A stretch of DNA of 61,481 bases, filler included. It is 5 parts of 5 records of this genome, joined end to end, with 100 filler letters (N's around TTAATTAATTAA, not from the genome) between each part and the next. Parts side by side here need not be neighbours in the genome. Positions count along the whole stretch, not along the records: positions 13,800 to 28,329 come from SRR31156797_11489; positions 28,430 to 47,946 come from SRR31156797_11500; 3 more parts are not named here. The stretch is one strand, 5' to 3'. The translations under genes were made by a program, and so were the position numbers. The notes under the pieces are model-generated. The model searched no databases. It was not told the DNA's origin and was given only the letters and a program-made list of their open reading frames with translations. Of the stretch, positions 19,927 to 29,018 are shown one piece after another. Each line of letters starts with the position of its first letter. Positions within the stretch are counted from its first letter, which is position 1.

Positions 19927-20598
19927 TCATATGGATTTGTCGGGAACAACTTCCCGGATATTAACTGTCATTTCCGCATTACAGCAGGCTGCCTTCTCGG
20001 TCAGAGGCAATGCTGTTTTCCAGCCCAAGGATTCAAGCTTTTCCCAGACCGGAACAGAAACATCACGCCTTGGCTCGGCCATCCAGATGGTGCCGCCAGG
20101 TTTAAGCACCCGCCGGAAGAGCTTTTCCAGCGGATCAAAAAATCTTTTTTCGTAGAGAATATCTCCGCCCCAGATAAAATCAAAGGAATTCTCGGCAAGG
20201 GACGGCTCCCGCCAGTCCATCTGCAACCAGAGCGGCTGGGACGTATTATTAGATACGGCATTGTCTTTTGCAAAATAGAGCGGCGGCAATTCATAATCAA
20301 AAGCCACAACGTCAGCTCCAAGAGACTGCCCGATAACGGCAGTCAGCCCCAGTCCGCAACCGAGATCAAGGCACTTGCGCCCCTTGATCAACCCGGAATT
20401 ACGATAAAGCCACTCCCCGAGCAAAACGCTGGCCGGCCAAAGCTCTGCCCAATACGGAAGCCGCTCGTCATCGCCAAACTCATCTTCTCCGATTTCATTC
20501 CAAAGAGTCTCAAGGTCAGCGGTGCGCTCTATCTTCCAGACCCTTCCGGCGGTCTCTACTTCTATCAATTCCCGCTCACCGGAAACATAATCTTTCAA
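19927..20598 (-). CDS. Class I SAM-dependent methyltransferase (Methyltransf_16-like)
   Basis: PYWAELWPAS, LDLGCGLG, DW, GDILYE; TTG start after GGAG. Confidence 0.88.
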   Translation of the reverse strand: MKDYVSGERELIEVETAGRVWKIERTADLETLWNEIGEDEFGDDERLPYWAELWPASVLLGEWLYRNSGLIKGRKCLDLGCGLGLTAVIGQSLGADVVAFDYELPPLYFAKDNAVSNNTSQPLWLQMDWREPSLAENSFDFIWGGDILYEKRFFDPLEKLFRRVLKPGGTIWMAEPRRDVSVPVWEKLESLGWKTALPLTEKAACCNAEMTVNIREVVPDKSI

Positions 20599-20882
20599 TG
20601 AAAACTACTCCTTTTACAAAAAAGATCAGACGGTGCCTACTCAACCGTCTGCGTATGCTTTTTTTCGTCAAAAAACAAGAGCCAGTAACACGAACCGATC
20701 GAATGCAAAATTATAAAATCATTCAATTTTAATTTATGAATAATTTTACAGAATATTTTTCTGCAAATTAGCCCTGTACAAGCCTTTTATTTCTCAGGCA
20801 GGAATGCTATCAGGGGCGAGTTATCCATAAAGACACAGTCAAACAACAAAACAAATCAGTCTATCCATAAGAAGGAGGCCAC

Positions 20883-21263
20883 ATGATTCCGCAGGAACTT
20901 CTTTACGCCAAATCTCACGAATGGCTCAAGGTTGATGGTGAAAACGGTGTTATCGGTATCACCCACTTTGCTCAGGAACAGCTCGGAGACCTGACTTTCG
21001 TCGAACTCCCGCAGGAAGGCGACACTTTCGCAGCAGGCGACGAATTCGGTTCCATTGAATCCGTAAAAGCTGCCAGCGAAATGTACGCTCCGGTTGATTG
21101 TGAAGTAATCGCAGTTAACGAAGCATTGGAAGACGCACCCGAGAAAGTCAACGAAGATCCTTACGGTGAAGGCTGGCTTATGAAAATTAAAATCACCGGC
21201 CCCACTGACGCTCTTCTTGATGCTGCAGCCTATGAAAAGGTAACTGAAGAAGAAGCTCACTAA
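20883..21263 (+). CDS. gcvH: Glycine cleavage H protein
   Basis: [16 protein letters not shown], lipoyl motif [16 protein letters not shown]. Confidence 0.97.
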   Translation: MIPQELLYAKSHEWLKVDGENGVIGITHFAQEQLGDLTFVELPQEGDTFAAGDEFGSIESVKAASEMYAPVDCEVIAVNEALEDAPEKVNEDPYGEGWLMKIKITGPTDALLDAAAYEKVTEEEAH

Positions 21264-21297
21264 TCAGGAGCCGCTCTTTACTATATAATACACAAAC

Positions 21298-21336
21298 ATC
21301 CCCGCCGACCGCTCACGTCAGCGGGGATTTATTTTT
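21298..21336 (+). terminator. Intra-operon terminator-like hairpin between gcvH and gcvPA
   Basis: ATCCCCGC.GAC-loop-GTC.GCGGGGAT followed by TTATTTTT. Confidence 0.6.
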
Positions 21337-21351
21337 ATACCGGAGGACATA

Positions 21352-22683
21352 ATGCCTTACGTACCCCATTCCCCGGAAGAAATCCGGGAAATGCTTGATG
21401 TGATCGGCGTGAACTCCGTGGAAGATCTCTTTGCTGAAATTCCGGCTGAACTGCGCCCCAAAAGCTTTGCCCTGCCTAAAGGCAAAAGCGAAATGGCGGT
21501 TTTGCAGCAGCTTGAAAAAATGGCCGCAAAGAATACCACGGATCTGACCAGCTTCCTCGGAGCAGGATTCTACGACCATTTCATTCCCACTGCGGTTGAT
21601 GCCCTTTCCTCCCGCAGCGAATTCTACACCGCCTACACCCCCTACCAGCCCGAATCTTCTCAGGGAACCCTGCAGGCGATCTTCGAATATCAGACCGCCA
21701 TGGCCAGACTTATGGACATGGACTACGCCAACGCATCCGTTTACGACGGCGGGTCCGCGCTTTACGAAGCCACCCTCATGGCTGTGCGTAAAACAAGACG
21801 CAGAAAAATCATCGTCAGTGAAGCACTGAATCCCATTTACCGGGTCATGCTTGACTCCTACACCACCAACCTGAACCTTGAGCTTGTCACCGTGCCCCAC
21901 AACCATGGCCGCACGAACGTCAAATCCATAACCGCAGCAGTTGATAAAGACACCGCAGCGGTAATCGTTCAGAACCCCAACTTTTTCGGTTCAGTAAACG
22001 ATTTCACTGAAATGTTTGCCGCCGTGCACGAGCACAAGGCACTGGCAATCATGTCCACCTATCCGGTCATGCAGTCTGTACTGAAGACTCCCGGTCAGAT
22101 GGGTGCTGATATCGCTGTTGCAGACGGACAGTCCATTGGACAGCCTCTTTCCTTCGGCGGTCCCTACCTCGGGATCATGACCTGCTCCAAAGCGCTGGTC
22201 CGCCAGATGCCCGGACGTATTGCCGGACGCACCGAAGACGAAGACGGCAAGACCGGTTACGTTCTAACCATTCAGGCCCGTGAGCAGCATATCCGCCGCC
22301 AGAAAGCGACTTCAAACATATGCTCAAACCAGGCGCTGTGCGCCCTGCGAACCCTGATTCACCTCTGCCTGCTGGGCGAGGAAGGTCTGCGCCGCACAGC
22401 AGTACTGTCAGTTGAACGCGCCCACTACGCAGCTGAACGTATCACCGCCATTGACGGCGTGGAAATGTTCACCAAAGGCCCCTTCGGCAACGAGTTCGCA
22501 GTATCCCTTCCGGTCAATGCTTTTGAAGTAATCGACAAGCTCACCGAACGCGGTATCATCCCCGGCTTCCCTGTGGGACGTTACTACGAAGGATTTGAAA
22601 ACGTACTGCTGGTGGCCTGCACTGAAAAGACCACTGAAGAACAGATCGGCATCTTTGCTGAAATTCTGCGGGGGACAATCTAA
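21352..22683 (+). CDS. gcvPA: Glycine dehydrogenase subunit 1
   Basis: FLGAG, EFYTAYTPYQPE.SQG.LQAIFEYQ, NASVYDG, REQHIRRQKATSNICSNQ. Confidence 0.97.
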   Translation: MPYVPHSPEEIREMLDVIGVNSVEDLFAEIPAELRPKSFALPKGKSEMAVLQQLEKMAAKNTTDLTSFLGAGFYDHFIPTAVDALSSRSEFYTAYTPYQPESSQGTLQAIFEYQTAMARLMDMDYANASVYDGGSALYEATLMAVRKTRRRKIIVSEALNPIYRVMLDSYTTNLNLELVTVPHNHGRTNVKSITAAVDKDTAAVIVQNPNFFGSVNDFTEMFAAVHEHKALAIMSTYPVMQSVLKTPGQMGADIAVADGQSIGQPLSFGGPYLGIMTCSKALVRQMPGRIAGRTEDEDGKTGYVLTIQAREQHIRRQKATSNICSNQALCALRTLIHLCLLGEEGLRRTAVLSVERAHYAAERITAIDGVEMFTKGPFGNEFAVSLPVNAFEVIDKLTERGIIPGFPVGRYYEGFENVLLVACTEKTTEEQIGIFAEILRGTI

Positions 22684-24128
22684 TGAAGACAGTATTTGAA
22701 AAATCAGTTCCCGGCCGTGAAGGCTGCTGGCCTGAAGAGCCCAAGAGCAAAATCGAGGACTTCATCCCCGCTGAACTTCTGCGTGAAGAAGCGGGCATGC
22801 CCTCCCTTTCCGAGCTGGACGTAGTCCGCCACTTCACCCTGCTTTCCCAGAAAAACTTCGGTGTGGATTCCAATTTCTATCCCCTTGGTTCCTGCACCAT
22901 GAAATACAACCCCAAGTTCACCGAACAGGTGGCTGCCATGCCCGGATTTGCCAAGCTGCACCCGGTTATCTCCCAGCTCAAGGGAGCAGGACGCCATTGC
23001 CAGGGTGCACTTGAGGTTATCCACGAAACCGAAACCCTGCTCAGCGAACTGACCGGAATGGCTGCATTCACCATGCATCCCATGGCTGGTGCACACGGCG
23101 AACTGACCGGGGTTATGCTCATGGCCGCTTACCATCGCGACAAGGGCAACAAAAAAACCAAAATCGTCTGCCCTGACTCCGCCCACGGAACCAACCCCGC
23201 ATCCGCAGCAGTAGCCGGATACGATGTTGTTTCCGTTGAATCCAAGGACGGCATCATCACCCCCGAAGCTCTTGCAGAGGTTCTGGATGATGAAGTTGCA
23301 GGTGTAATGATGACCTGCCCCAACACCCTGGGCCTTTTCGAGACCCACCTGCAGGAACTGGTGGAAATGATCCACGAAAAAGACGCCCTGCTCTACTATG
23401 ACGGCGCAAACATGAACGCCATCATGGGCAAGCTGCGTGTCGGTGATGCCGGTTTCGACATCGTGCACCTTAACCTGCACAAAACCCTCGGCACCCCCCA
23501 CGGCGGCGGTGGCCCCGGTTCCGGTCCAGTTGGCGTCAGCGAAAGAGTTAAGCCCTTCCTGCCCATTTCCCGCGTAGAAAAGCTGGAAGACGGTCAGTAC
23601 TACCTTGATTACGATGCCCCTAAATCCATCGGTTATGTTGCCCCCTTCTACGGCAACTTCGGTGTTTACCTGAAGGCATACGCATACATGCTCCGCCTCG
23701 GTCGAGAAGGTCTGACCCGCGCCACCGAAGGTGCGGTCCTTAGCGCAAACTACATGCGCAAACGTCTCGAAAACCATTACGAAATTCCTTACAACCGCAT
23801 CTGCATGCACGAATTTGTTGCTTCCGCGGTTGAACAGGCTAAGAACGGCGTACGCGCTCTCGACGTAGCCAAGGCTCTGCTCGATAAGGGACATCACGCT
23901 CCGACCATCTACTTCCCGCTCATCGTAAAGGAATGCTTGATGATCGAGCCCACCGAAACTGAAAACAAAGAAACCATCGACCGCTTCATCGACGATCTCA
24001 TTGAGATTGCAGAAATGGCGGAAAAGAACCCCGAAGCGCTGCAGGCTGCTCCGCTCACCACCTCTGTTAAGAGACTGGATGAGACCAAAGCCGCACGTTC
24101 CATGGTGATTACCGATGACATTAAATAG
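22683..24128 (+). CDS. gcvPB: Glycine dehydrogenase subunit 2
   Basis: YPLGSCTMKYNP, SAHGTNPASA, PLP-Lys HLNLHKT, PHGGGGPG, MIEPTETE. Confidence 0.97.
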   Translation: MKTVFEKSVPGREGCWPEEPKSKIEDFIPAELLREEAGMPSLSELDVVRHFTLLSQKNFGVDSNFYPLGSCTMKYNPKFTEQVAAMPGFAKLHPVISQLKGAGRHCQGALEVIHETETLLSELTGMAAFTMHPMAGAHGELTGVMLMAAYHRDKGNKKTKIVCPDSAHGTNPASAAVAGYDVVSVESKDGIITPEALAEVLDDEVAGVMMTCPNTLGLFETHLQELVEMIHEKDALLYYDGANMNAIMGKLRVGDAGFDIVHLNLHKTLGTPHGGGGPGSGPVGVSERVKPFLPISRVEKLEDGQYYLDYDAPKSIGYVAPFYGNFGVYLKAYAYMLRLGREGLTRATEGAVLSANYMRKRLENHYEIPYNRICMHEFVASAVEQAKNGVRALDVAKALLDKGHHAPTIYFPLIVKECLMIEPTETENKETIDRFIDDLIEIAEMAEKNPEALQAAPLTTSVKRLDETKAARSMVITDDIK

Positions 24129-25506
24129 TTTCCCGACAGAATCACGCTCCTACGACCTCGTGGTCGTAGGAGCCGGTCCGGGCGGTTTTGATGCGGCCCT
24201 TGAGGCTGCGGAAGAAGGCATTAAAGTCGCGCTGGTGGAAAAAGACCTGCTCGGCGGAACCTGCCTCAATGTGGGCTGCATTCCCACCAAGATGTACCTC
24301 GGTGCAACCTCCCCGGTGGAAGAACTTGCCGCCCAATCCAAGGCCCGCGTAGCCAAAGGCGAAATCGAGATTGATTTCAAAGCCCTGTGCACCAAAAAGG
24401 ACCGTTTTATTGCGGCTACCCGCAAGGCCATGGCCCAGAAAGCAAAAAAACTGGGTATTGATATCTACCCCGCTGTTGCCAAGGTGATCGAGCCGGGAAA
24501 AGTTAAAGTTTACCACCCCGAAGAACAGGCAGTGCTTGAGTACAAAAACCTGATTCTCGCTACCGGTTCCCACCCCACCGTTTTCCCCGGACTCGAACCG
24601 GACAACGAGACCATTCTCGATAACACCGGATTCCTTGCGCTCGAAGAAATGCCTACTTCACTGCTGGTCATCGGCGCAGGTTTCATCGGCCTTGAAATGG
24701 CTCAAATCGCCCACCGAACCGGATGTAAAATCACCGTGGTGGACGCCCTTGACCGCATTGCGGTCTATGAAGACCCCGAAGTATCCAAAGCTTTGCAGGG
24801 AGTGTTCAAGCGTCACAAATGGAAATTCAATCTGGGTGTAAAAGTTAAATCCGTTACCGCTGAAAACGGACAGGCCGTGCTGCGCACTGAAGATGGAGAA
24901 GAGTTCACCGCCGACAAAGCACTCATCGCCATCGGACGGCGTCCCAATTCCGCAGATCTCGGCCTCGAAACTCTGGACGTGGAAACCGCAGGCCCCGGTT
25001 TCGTCAAGGTAGACGAAAACCTTGAAGCCGCCGCCAACGTTTACGCCATCGGTGACCTGAACGGTAAAATTCTGCTCGCCCACGCCGCCAGCCATCAGGC
25101 CGGTTACGTGGTCCGTCGCATTGCCGGAAAAGCAGAAGGTCCTTACGAACATGGACCTATCCCGTCCATTCTCTACGGTTCTCCGGAAACCATGCGTGTG
25201 GGACTCATGCCCGCAGACCTTGAAGGTCAGGGCGAAGTAAAGGTTTCATCCTTCCCGCTGGTGGCCAACCCTATTGCACAAGCCTATGCGTCAACGCAGG
25301 GTTTTGTAAAAGTTGTATGGCTTGATGGCAAAGTTGCCGGGATAACCGCCGTGGGACACCATGTATCCGGTTTTACCACCGCAGCAGCCATGATCGTGCA
25401 GGAAGCATGGACCAAGGATGACATTCACAAAGTAGTCTTCCCTCATCCCTCTCTGGACGAAGCACTGCTCGGAGCACTCAAAGCTGATCAGGTTGACCCT
25501 AAATAA
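24115..25506 (+). CDS. lpdA: Dihydrolipoamide dehydrogenase (GCS L protein)
   Basis: GAGPGG, GGTCLNVGCIPTK redox disulfide, GAGFIGLE, C-terminal HPSLDE; located in the gcv operon. Confidence 0.9.
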   Translation: MTLNSFPTESRSYDLVVVGAGPGGFDAALEAAEEGIKVALVEKDLLGGTCLNVGCIPTKMYLGATSPVEELAAQSKARVAKGEIEIDFKALCTKKDRFIAATRKAMAQKAKKLGIDIYPAVAKVIEPGKVKVYHPEEQAVLEYKNLILATGSHPTVFPGLEPDNETILDNTGFLALEEMPTSLLVIGAGFIGLEMAQIAHRTGCKITVVDALDRIAVYEDPEVSKALQGVFKRHKWKFNLGVKVKSVTAENGQAVLRTEDGEEFTADKALIAIGRRPNSADLGLETLDVETAGPGFVKVDENLEAAANVYAIGDLNGKILLAHAASHQAGYVVRRIAGKAEGPYEHGPIPSILYGSPETMRVGLMPADLEGQGEVKVSSFPLVANPIAQAYASTQGFVKVVWLDGKVAGITAVGHHVSGFTTAAAMIVQEAWTKDDIHKVVFPHPSLDEALLGALKADQVDPK

Positions 25507-25525
25507 AAAACAGCCACATATTCAT

Positions 25526-25575
25526 AAGCATAAAAAAGTCCCCTGTTCACCTGAACTGGGGACTTTTTTATGCTT
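25526..25575 (+). terminator. Intrinsic terminator of the gcv operon
   Basis: AAGCATAAAAAAGTCCCC...GGGGACTTTTTTATGCTT inverted repeat. Confidence 0.9.
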
Positions 25576-25646
25576 CATTTGCTACTACTATTTCTGCATG
25601 ATAATATGCTTATAAATGGTCCTCTTCTCTGAACCGCGGAGGTACA

Positions 25647-26402
25647 ATGTACAGATTAGCATCCATTTTAGTTTTGCTGCTTATTGCAATGTTTCCGACC
25701 GATTCAGCAGCACGCATGGAAATAAGATTTGCTACTCAGGATTTTTTTCCTTTCTCGTACGAAGTGAACGGAGAAATCAAAGGTCCGGGAGCGGAAATAG
25801 TACGCGAGGTATGCAAAAAGATTAACGTGAAATGTGACATTGGACTTTACCCGTGGCGCAGATCACTGGCGATGTGCAATAAAGGACAGGTTCAGGCCCT
25901 TTTCATGGTAGGAAAGAACAAAGAACGAGTACAAGATTTTTACTTCAGCCCTCCTTTAATTGCAACCGAATATGGTTTCTTCGAATGCATGGAAAAACCA
26001 ATAAATTATGAAGGAGTTACAAGCCTTTCCAACATGACAATCGGGACATACGGCCCATCAAACACATCATACAGTCTGGAAAAATTAGTCATAAATCCTG
26101 AAAGTAATATAAACATTGATATCACCCCGGATGACCTGACACAATTCAGAAAACTGGCAAGATGCAGGGTTGATGCGGTTTACTCAAACAGAGATGTCGG
26201 ACTGGCTGCGATCAAAAGATTAAAGCTGAAAAACATAGCCTATGCAGGAACTGAAAAAAGCCTGAATTACTACATCGCATTTTCTAAAATGCACACACCA
26301 TCAGTGCTTGTAAGAAAATTCAATCTTTGCCTCTCCCTAATGAAACAATCAGGACGCTTGCACCAAATTCTGCAAAAACACGGTTTGCAAGCAGCCGACT
26401 AA
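25647..26402 (+). CDS. Periplasmic solute-binding protein (family 3-like)
   Basis: Signal peptide, FFPF, PWRR, FYFSPP, YYIAFSK; GGAGG RBS; no permease adjacent. Confidence 0.85.
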   Translation: MYRLASILVLLLIAMFPTDSAARMEIRFATQDFFPFSYEVNGEIKGPGAEIVREVCKKINVKCDIGLYPWRRSLAMCNKGQVQALFMVGKNKERVQDFYFSPPLIATEYGFFECMEKPINYEGVTSLSNMTIGTYGPSNTSYSLEKLVINPESNINIDITPDDLTQFRKLARCRVDAVYSNRDVGLAAIKRLKLKNIAYAGTEKSLNYYIAFSKMHTPSVLVRKFNLCLSLMKQSGRLHQILQKHGLQAAD

Positions 26403-27577
26403 TCGTCCAACACAAACCGCTCAATCTCATCAATGCGCTGCAAATATTCCTGCGTATAAATCGGACCGTTGTCGGTGAAAGCTGCGGCGGCGTTACGATG
26501 CACCTGACACCAGTGCGCTAAAACCGGATTAGGCCAGATACGGGAATAAGTTTTGATCATATGCAGAGTATTGTGGCAGACCGGGGTAAGCTCTGCGGTC
26601 CGAGCCAGAAGCTCGGTGTAATCCTTGCCAAGGTCGAGAAAAAAAGACCCGATTGCCCGGGCGCACTGATAGTTTGCGCCGGACGAAAGCATCTCGAGAA
26701 GCTTGTCCTCGGGAAATTTTTCCGGCTGCCAAGGACGCAGCCATTCATCTGGAACCATCTCTTCATCGGAATAATCTATACGACCTTCTTTCAAAAACTG
26801 CTCTATTTTTCCGGCCAACACCGGCCACATGGAACCGATATGCTCCACATCACGGCTGGCGTGCAGCCCGGTGATGGTATTATTCTCCTCGGTTAGCTTG
26901 AATTTAAGGAACGGGCAGTGCGCTTCGATTTTTTTCTCCGATCTATCCCAAATTCCGGCAAAAATGCGATCCAACTCAACAACACTCAGATTATCGATTT
27001 CGCTTTCCCAGCTTTTAAGAACAGGTCTGGCTGTCCTCCAAAGATCAGTCCAGCCATCAAGATAAGAATAAGGATCGGGGCCGAACGCCGGATAGTGCGA
27101 AAGACGGGAAACCACAATGATAGGTACCTGAGGAAAACGCTCACGCAGATTGCCGAGCATTTCCCGATAACGCTTCAAATAGCTGCCCGGCTTGGCCTGC
27201 ACCATTCCGAAACTACCCTTCATCCATGCTTCGAATTCAGGATGTTCCTGCCACGCTTCGGGATTGACAAAAAATATATATTTAGATTCCCCATGAACAA
27301 AAAGGGGACTGTTCTCATGAAAAAGATTTATCACTATGAGCTGCGGCTGAGGATCGTCAGGCGTAATCATCTGGAACTGATGCACCAATTTCCGGTCATG
27401 ATAATATTTTTCCAGTCCGAATTTAACATCCATTTCCGCCAGTTCCTCTGGGATGATTCCCGGCGAACTGTTATATGTAAACGGGGAAGCCAGAACCCGG
27501 TAGGTGCACGAGTAACCCGACTTTTCTACCGCCCTGCCGAGGAAATCCATTTGACAGTTTCCCAAAAAGTAAAGCAT
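26399..27577 (-). CDS. Hypothetical protein, SGNH/WcbI-like
   Basis: 392-aa ORF; N-terminal YFLGNCQ and later DVEH motif. Confidence 0.7.
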   Translation of the reverse strand: MLYFLGNCQMDFLGRAVEKSGYSCTYRVLASPFTYNSSPGIIPEELAEMDVKFGLEKYYHDRKLVHQFQMITPDDPQPQLIVINLFHENSPLFVHGESKYIFFVNPEAWQEHPEFEAWMKGSFGMVQAKPGSYLKRYREMLGNLRERFPQVPIIVVSRLSHYPAFGPDPYSYLDGWTDLWRTARPVLKSWESEIDNLSVVELDRIFAGIWDRSEKKIEAHCPFLKFKLTEENNTITGLHASRDVEHIGSMWPVLAGKIEQFLKEGRIDYSDEEMVPDEWLRPWQPEKFPEDKLLEMLSSGANYQCARAIGSFFLDLGKDYTELLARTAELTPVCHNTLHMIKTYSRIWPNPVLAHWCQVHRNAAAAFTDNGPIYTQEYLQRIDEIERFVLDD

Positions 27578-27652
27578 TCTGATTCCTTGGTGATTATTGT
27601 TTAACTATCAGGATTTCACTCTATTGCAGACGCACAGTCAAGCCCCTGAAGA

Positions 27653-28276
27653 ATGAAAGAAATAAAGATCGAAACATTTGTACTCGGTCCCCTTGAGACC
27701 AACTCCTATCTGCTCACCGCCGGATCTGATGCAGTAGTAATTGACTGCGGAATGGAACCGGCCCCCATGTTACAAGCTATCCGCGAACGGCAACTCAATG
27801 TTCACTCCATATACCTGACTCATATGCACCTTGATCACGTCGGTGGTGTAAGTGCACTGCAAGAACAGACCGGGGCCACAATCTACGGCAACCACAAAGA
27901 TCTATATCTCAACGACATTCCGGTCAAAAACGGTGGCTCCCTTGAATTCAAAGAACTGCTTGATTTTGAAATAACTGACTTGAAACAGGGCCGCAAGACC
28001 ATCCTCGAGACCCCGGTAATGATCTTTGAGACCCCGGGGCACACCCCCGGAAGCCTGTCCTACTTCTTTCCTGCGCAGGGCTGTATATTTGTAGGCGACC
28101 TGCTGTTCATGATTTCTGTCGGACGTACCGATCTGCCCGGAGGTAACAGCGACGCACTGCTTAGTTCCATCAGTAACAGAATTTTCATTCTCCCCGGTGA
28201 AACCAAAGTATTCTCCGGGCACGGCCCCATGACCACCGTCAAACATGAAATGCGCAACAATCCTTTATTTGTTTAG
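27653..28276 (+). CDS. MBL-fold metallo-hydrolase (glyoxalase II-like)
   Basis: THMHLDH, TPGHTPG, GDLLF, GRTDLPGG, SGHG. Confidence 0.93.
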   Translation: MKEIKIETFVLGPLETNSYLLTAGSDAVVIDCGMEPAPMLQAIRERQLNVHSIYLTHMHLDHVGGVSALQEQTGATIYGNHKDLYLNDIPVKNGGSLEFKELLDFEITDLKQGRKTILETPVMIFETPGHTPGSLSYFFPAQGCIFVGDLLFMISVGRTDLPGGNSDALLSSISNRIFILPGETKVFSGHGPMTTVKHEMRNNPLFV

Positions 28277-28279
28277 AAA

Positions 28280-28329
28280 GCCTCCGGCGGCCCTCCGGGG
28301 GCCAGAGAAACTTTTTGGAAAAAGTTTCT
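28280..28329 (+). repeat. Desulfovibrionaceae REP-like repeat (truncated at contig end)
   Basis: GCCTCCGGCGGCCCTCCGGGGGCCAGAGAAACTTTTTGGAAAAAGTTTCT directly after a stop codon. Confidence 0.8.
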
Positions 28330-28429
28330 NNNNNNNNNNNNNNNNNNNNNNNNNNNNNNNNNNNNNNNNNNNNTTAATTAATTAANNNNNNNNNNNNNNN
28401 NNNNNNNNNNNNNNNNNNNNNNNNNNNNN
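28330..28429. other. Artificial contig linker
   Basis: N44-TTAATTAATTAA-N44. Confidence 0.99.
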
Positions 28430-28520
28430 CATTAATATCTTCTTTATAACGCTCTAATAGCAGTGCGCCATTAATAACCATCTCTTTTAACAGAGCGCCA
28501 TCAATATTTTTTAATATCAA
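28430..28520 (-). CDS. DAK2-domain protein (fatty acid kinase FakA-like), N-terminal fragment
   Basis: Not in the ORF track. TTG start after GAAAGGA gives MILKNIDGALLKEMVINGALLLERYKEDIN up to the contig edge; lies downstream of asp23 as in the conserved Firmicutes gene pair. Confidence 0.8.
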
Positions 28521-28537
28521 AATATAATCCTTTCTAG

Positions 28538-28891
28538 TTAGTCGTCCATCCTAACGCCCTGAACGCTTACATTTACTTTATCTACCTTCATTCCTGTGTA
28601 TTTTTCAACATTATATTTTACAGTATCTTTTGCACTCATTGCTACAGCATTAATAGATACACCATACTCAACAATGATATACATATCGATAGTAATGGCA
28701 TCATTGGCTGTCTTTACCTTTATTCCTTTGGCGTAATTTCTCCAATGCAATAATTCTGCCAGACCGTCACTTGCTGTCTTTGCAGACATACCAACAATTC
28801 CATAGCATTGTTCCGCTGTTTTACCTACTATTGTAGCAATTACCTCATTAGAGATAATAATATTACCCATTTCGTTTGTAATAGTTGCCAT
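28538..28891 (-). CDS. Asp23/Gls24 family protein (YloU-like)
   Basis: GNIIISNEVIATI, CYGIVGM, IIVEYGV, VKYNVE, VNVSVQGV. Confidence 0.93.
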   Translation of the reverse strand: MATITNEMGNIIISNEVIATIVGKTAEQCYGIVGMSAKTASDGLAELLHWRNYAKGIKVKTANDAITIDMYIIVEYGVSINAVAMSAKDTVKYNVEKYTGMKVDKVNVSVQGVRMDD

Positions 28892-28951
28892 ATAGTTCTC
28901 CTTTCACTAGATTACTTCATAGTATCATTATAAGCCTATGAAAGTATACAT

Positions 28952-28980
28952 ATTTTATACCAAAATTTCATTTACTGCAA
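28952..28980 (-). promoter_or_regulatory. Sigma-A-like promoter for asp23-DAK2
   Basis: TTGCAG-N17-TAAAAT on the minus strand. Confidence 0.55.
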
Positions 28981-29018
28981 GGAAAGCTAAAATAATTCAC
29001 ATTTGTTTCCAATTCGCA

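Noticed and set aside
20600-20880. Glycine riboswitch upstream of gcvH (TCTCAGG present)
   Set aside because: The other conserved aptamer elements (GGAGA, CCGAAG) are not present in the right arrangement
22704-23897. 397-aa antisense ORF over gcvPB
   Set aside because: Shadow frame produced by codon bias of the sense gene; no motifs
26918-27604. 228-aa plus-strand ORF
   Set aside because: Antisense to the 392-aa gene, which has the more protein-like composition and a plausible RBS
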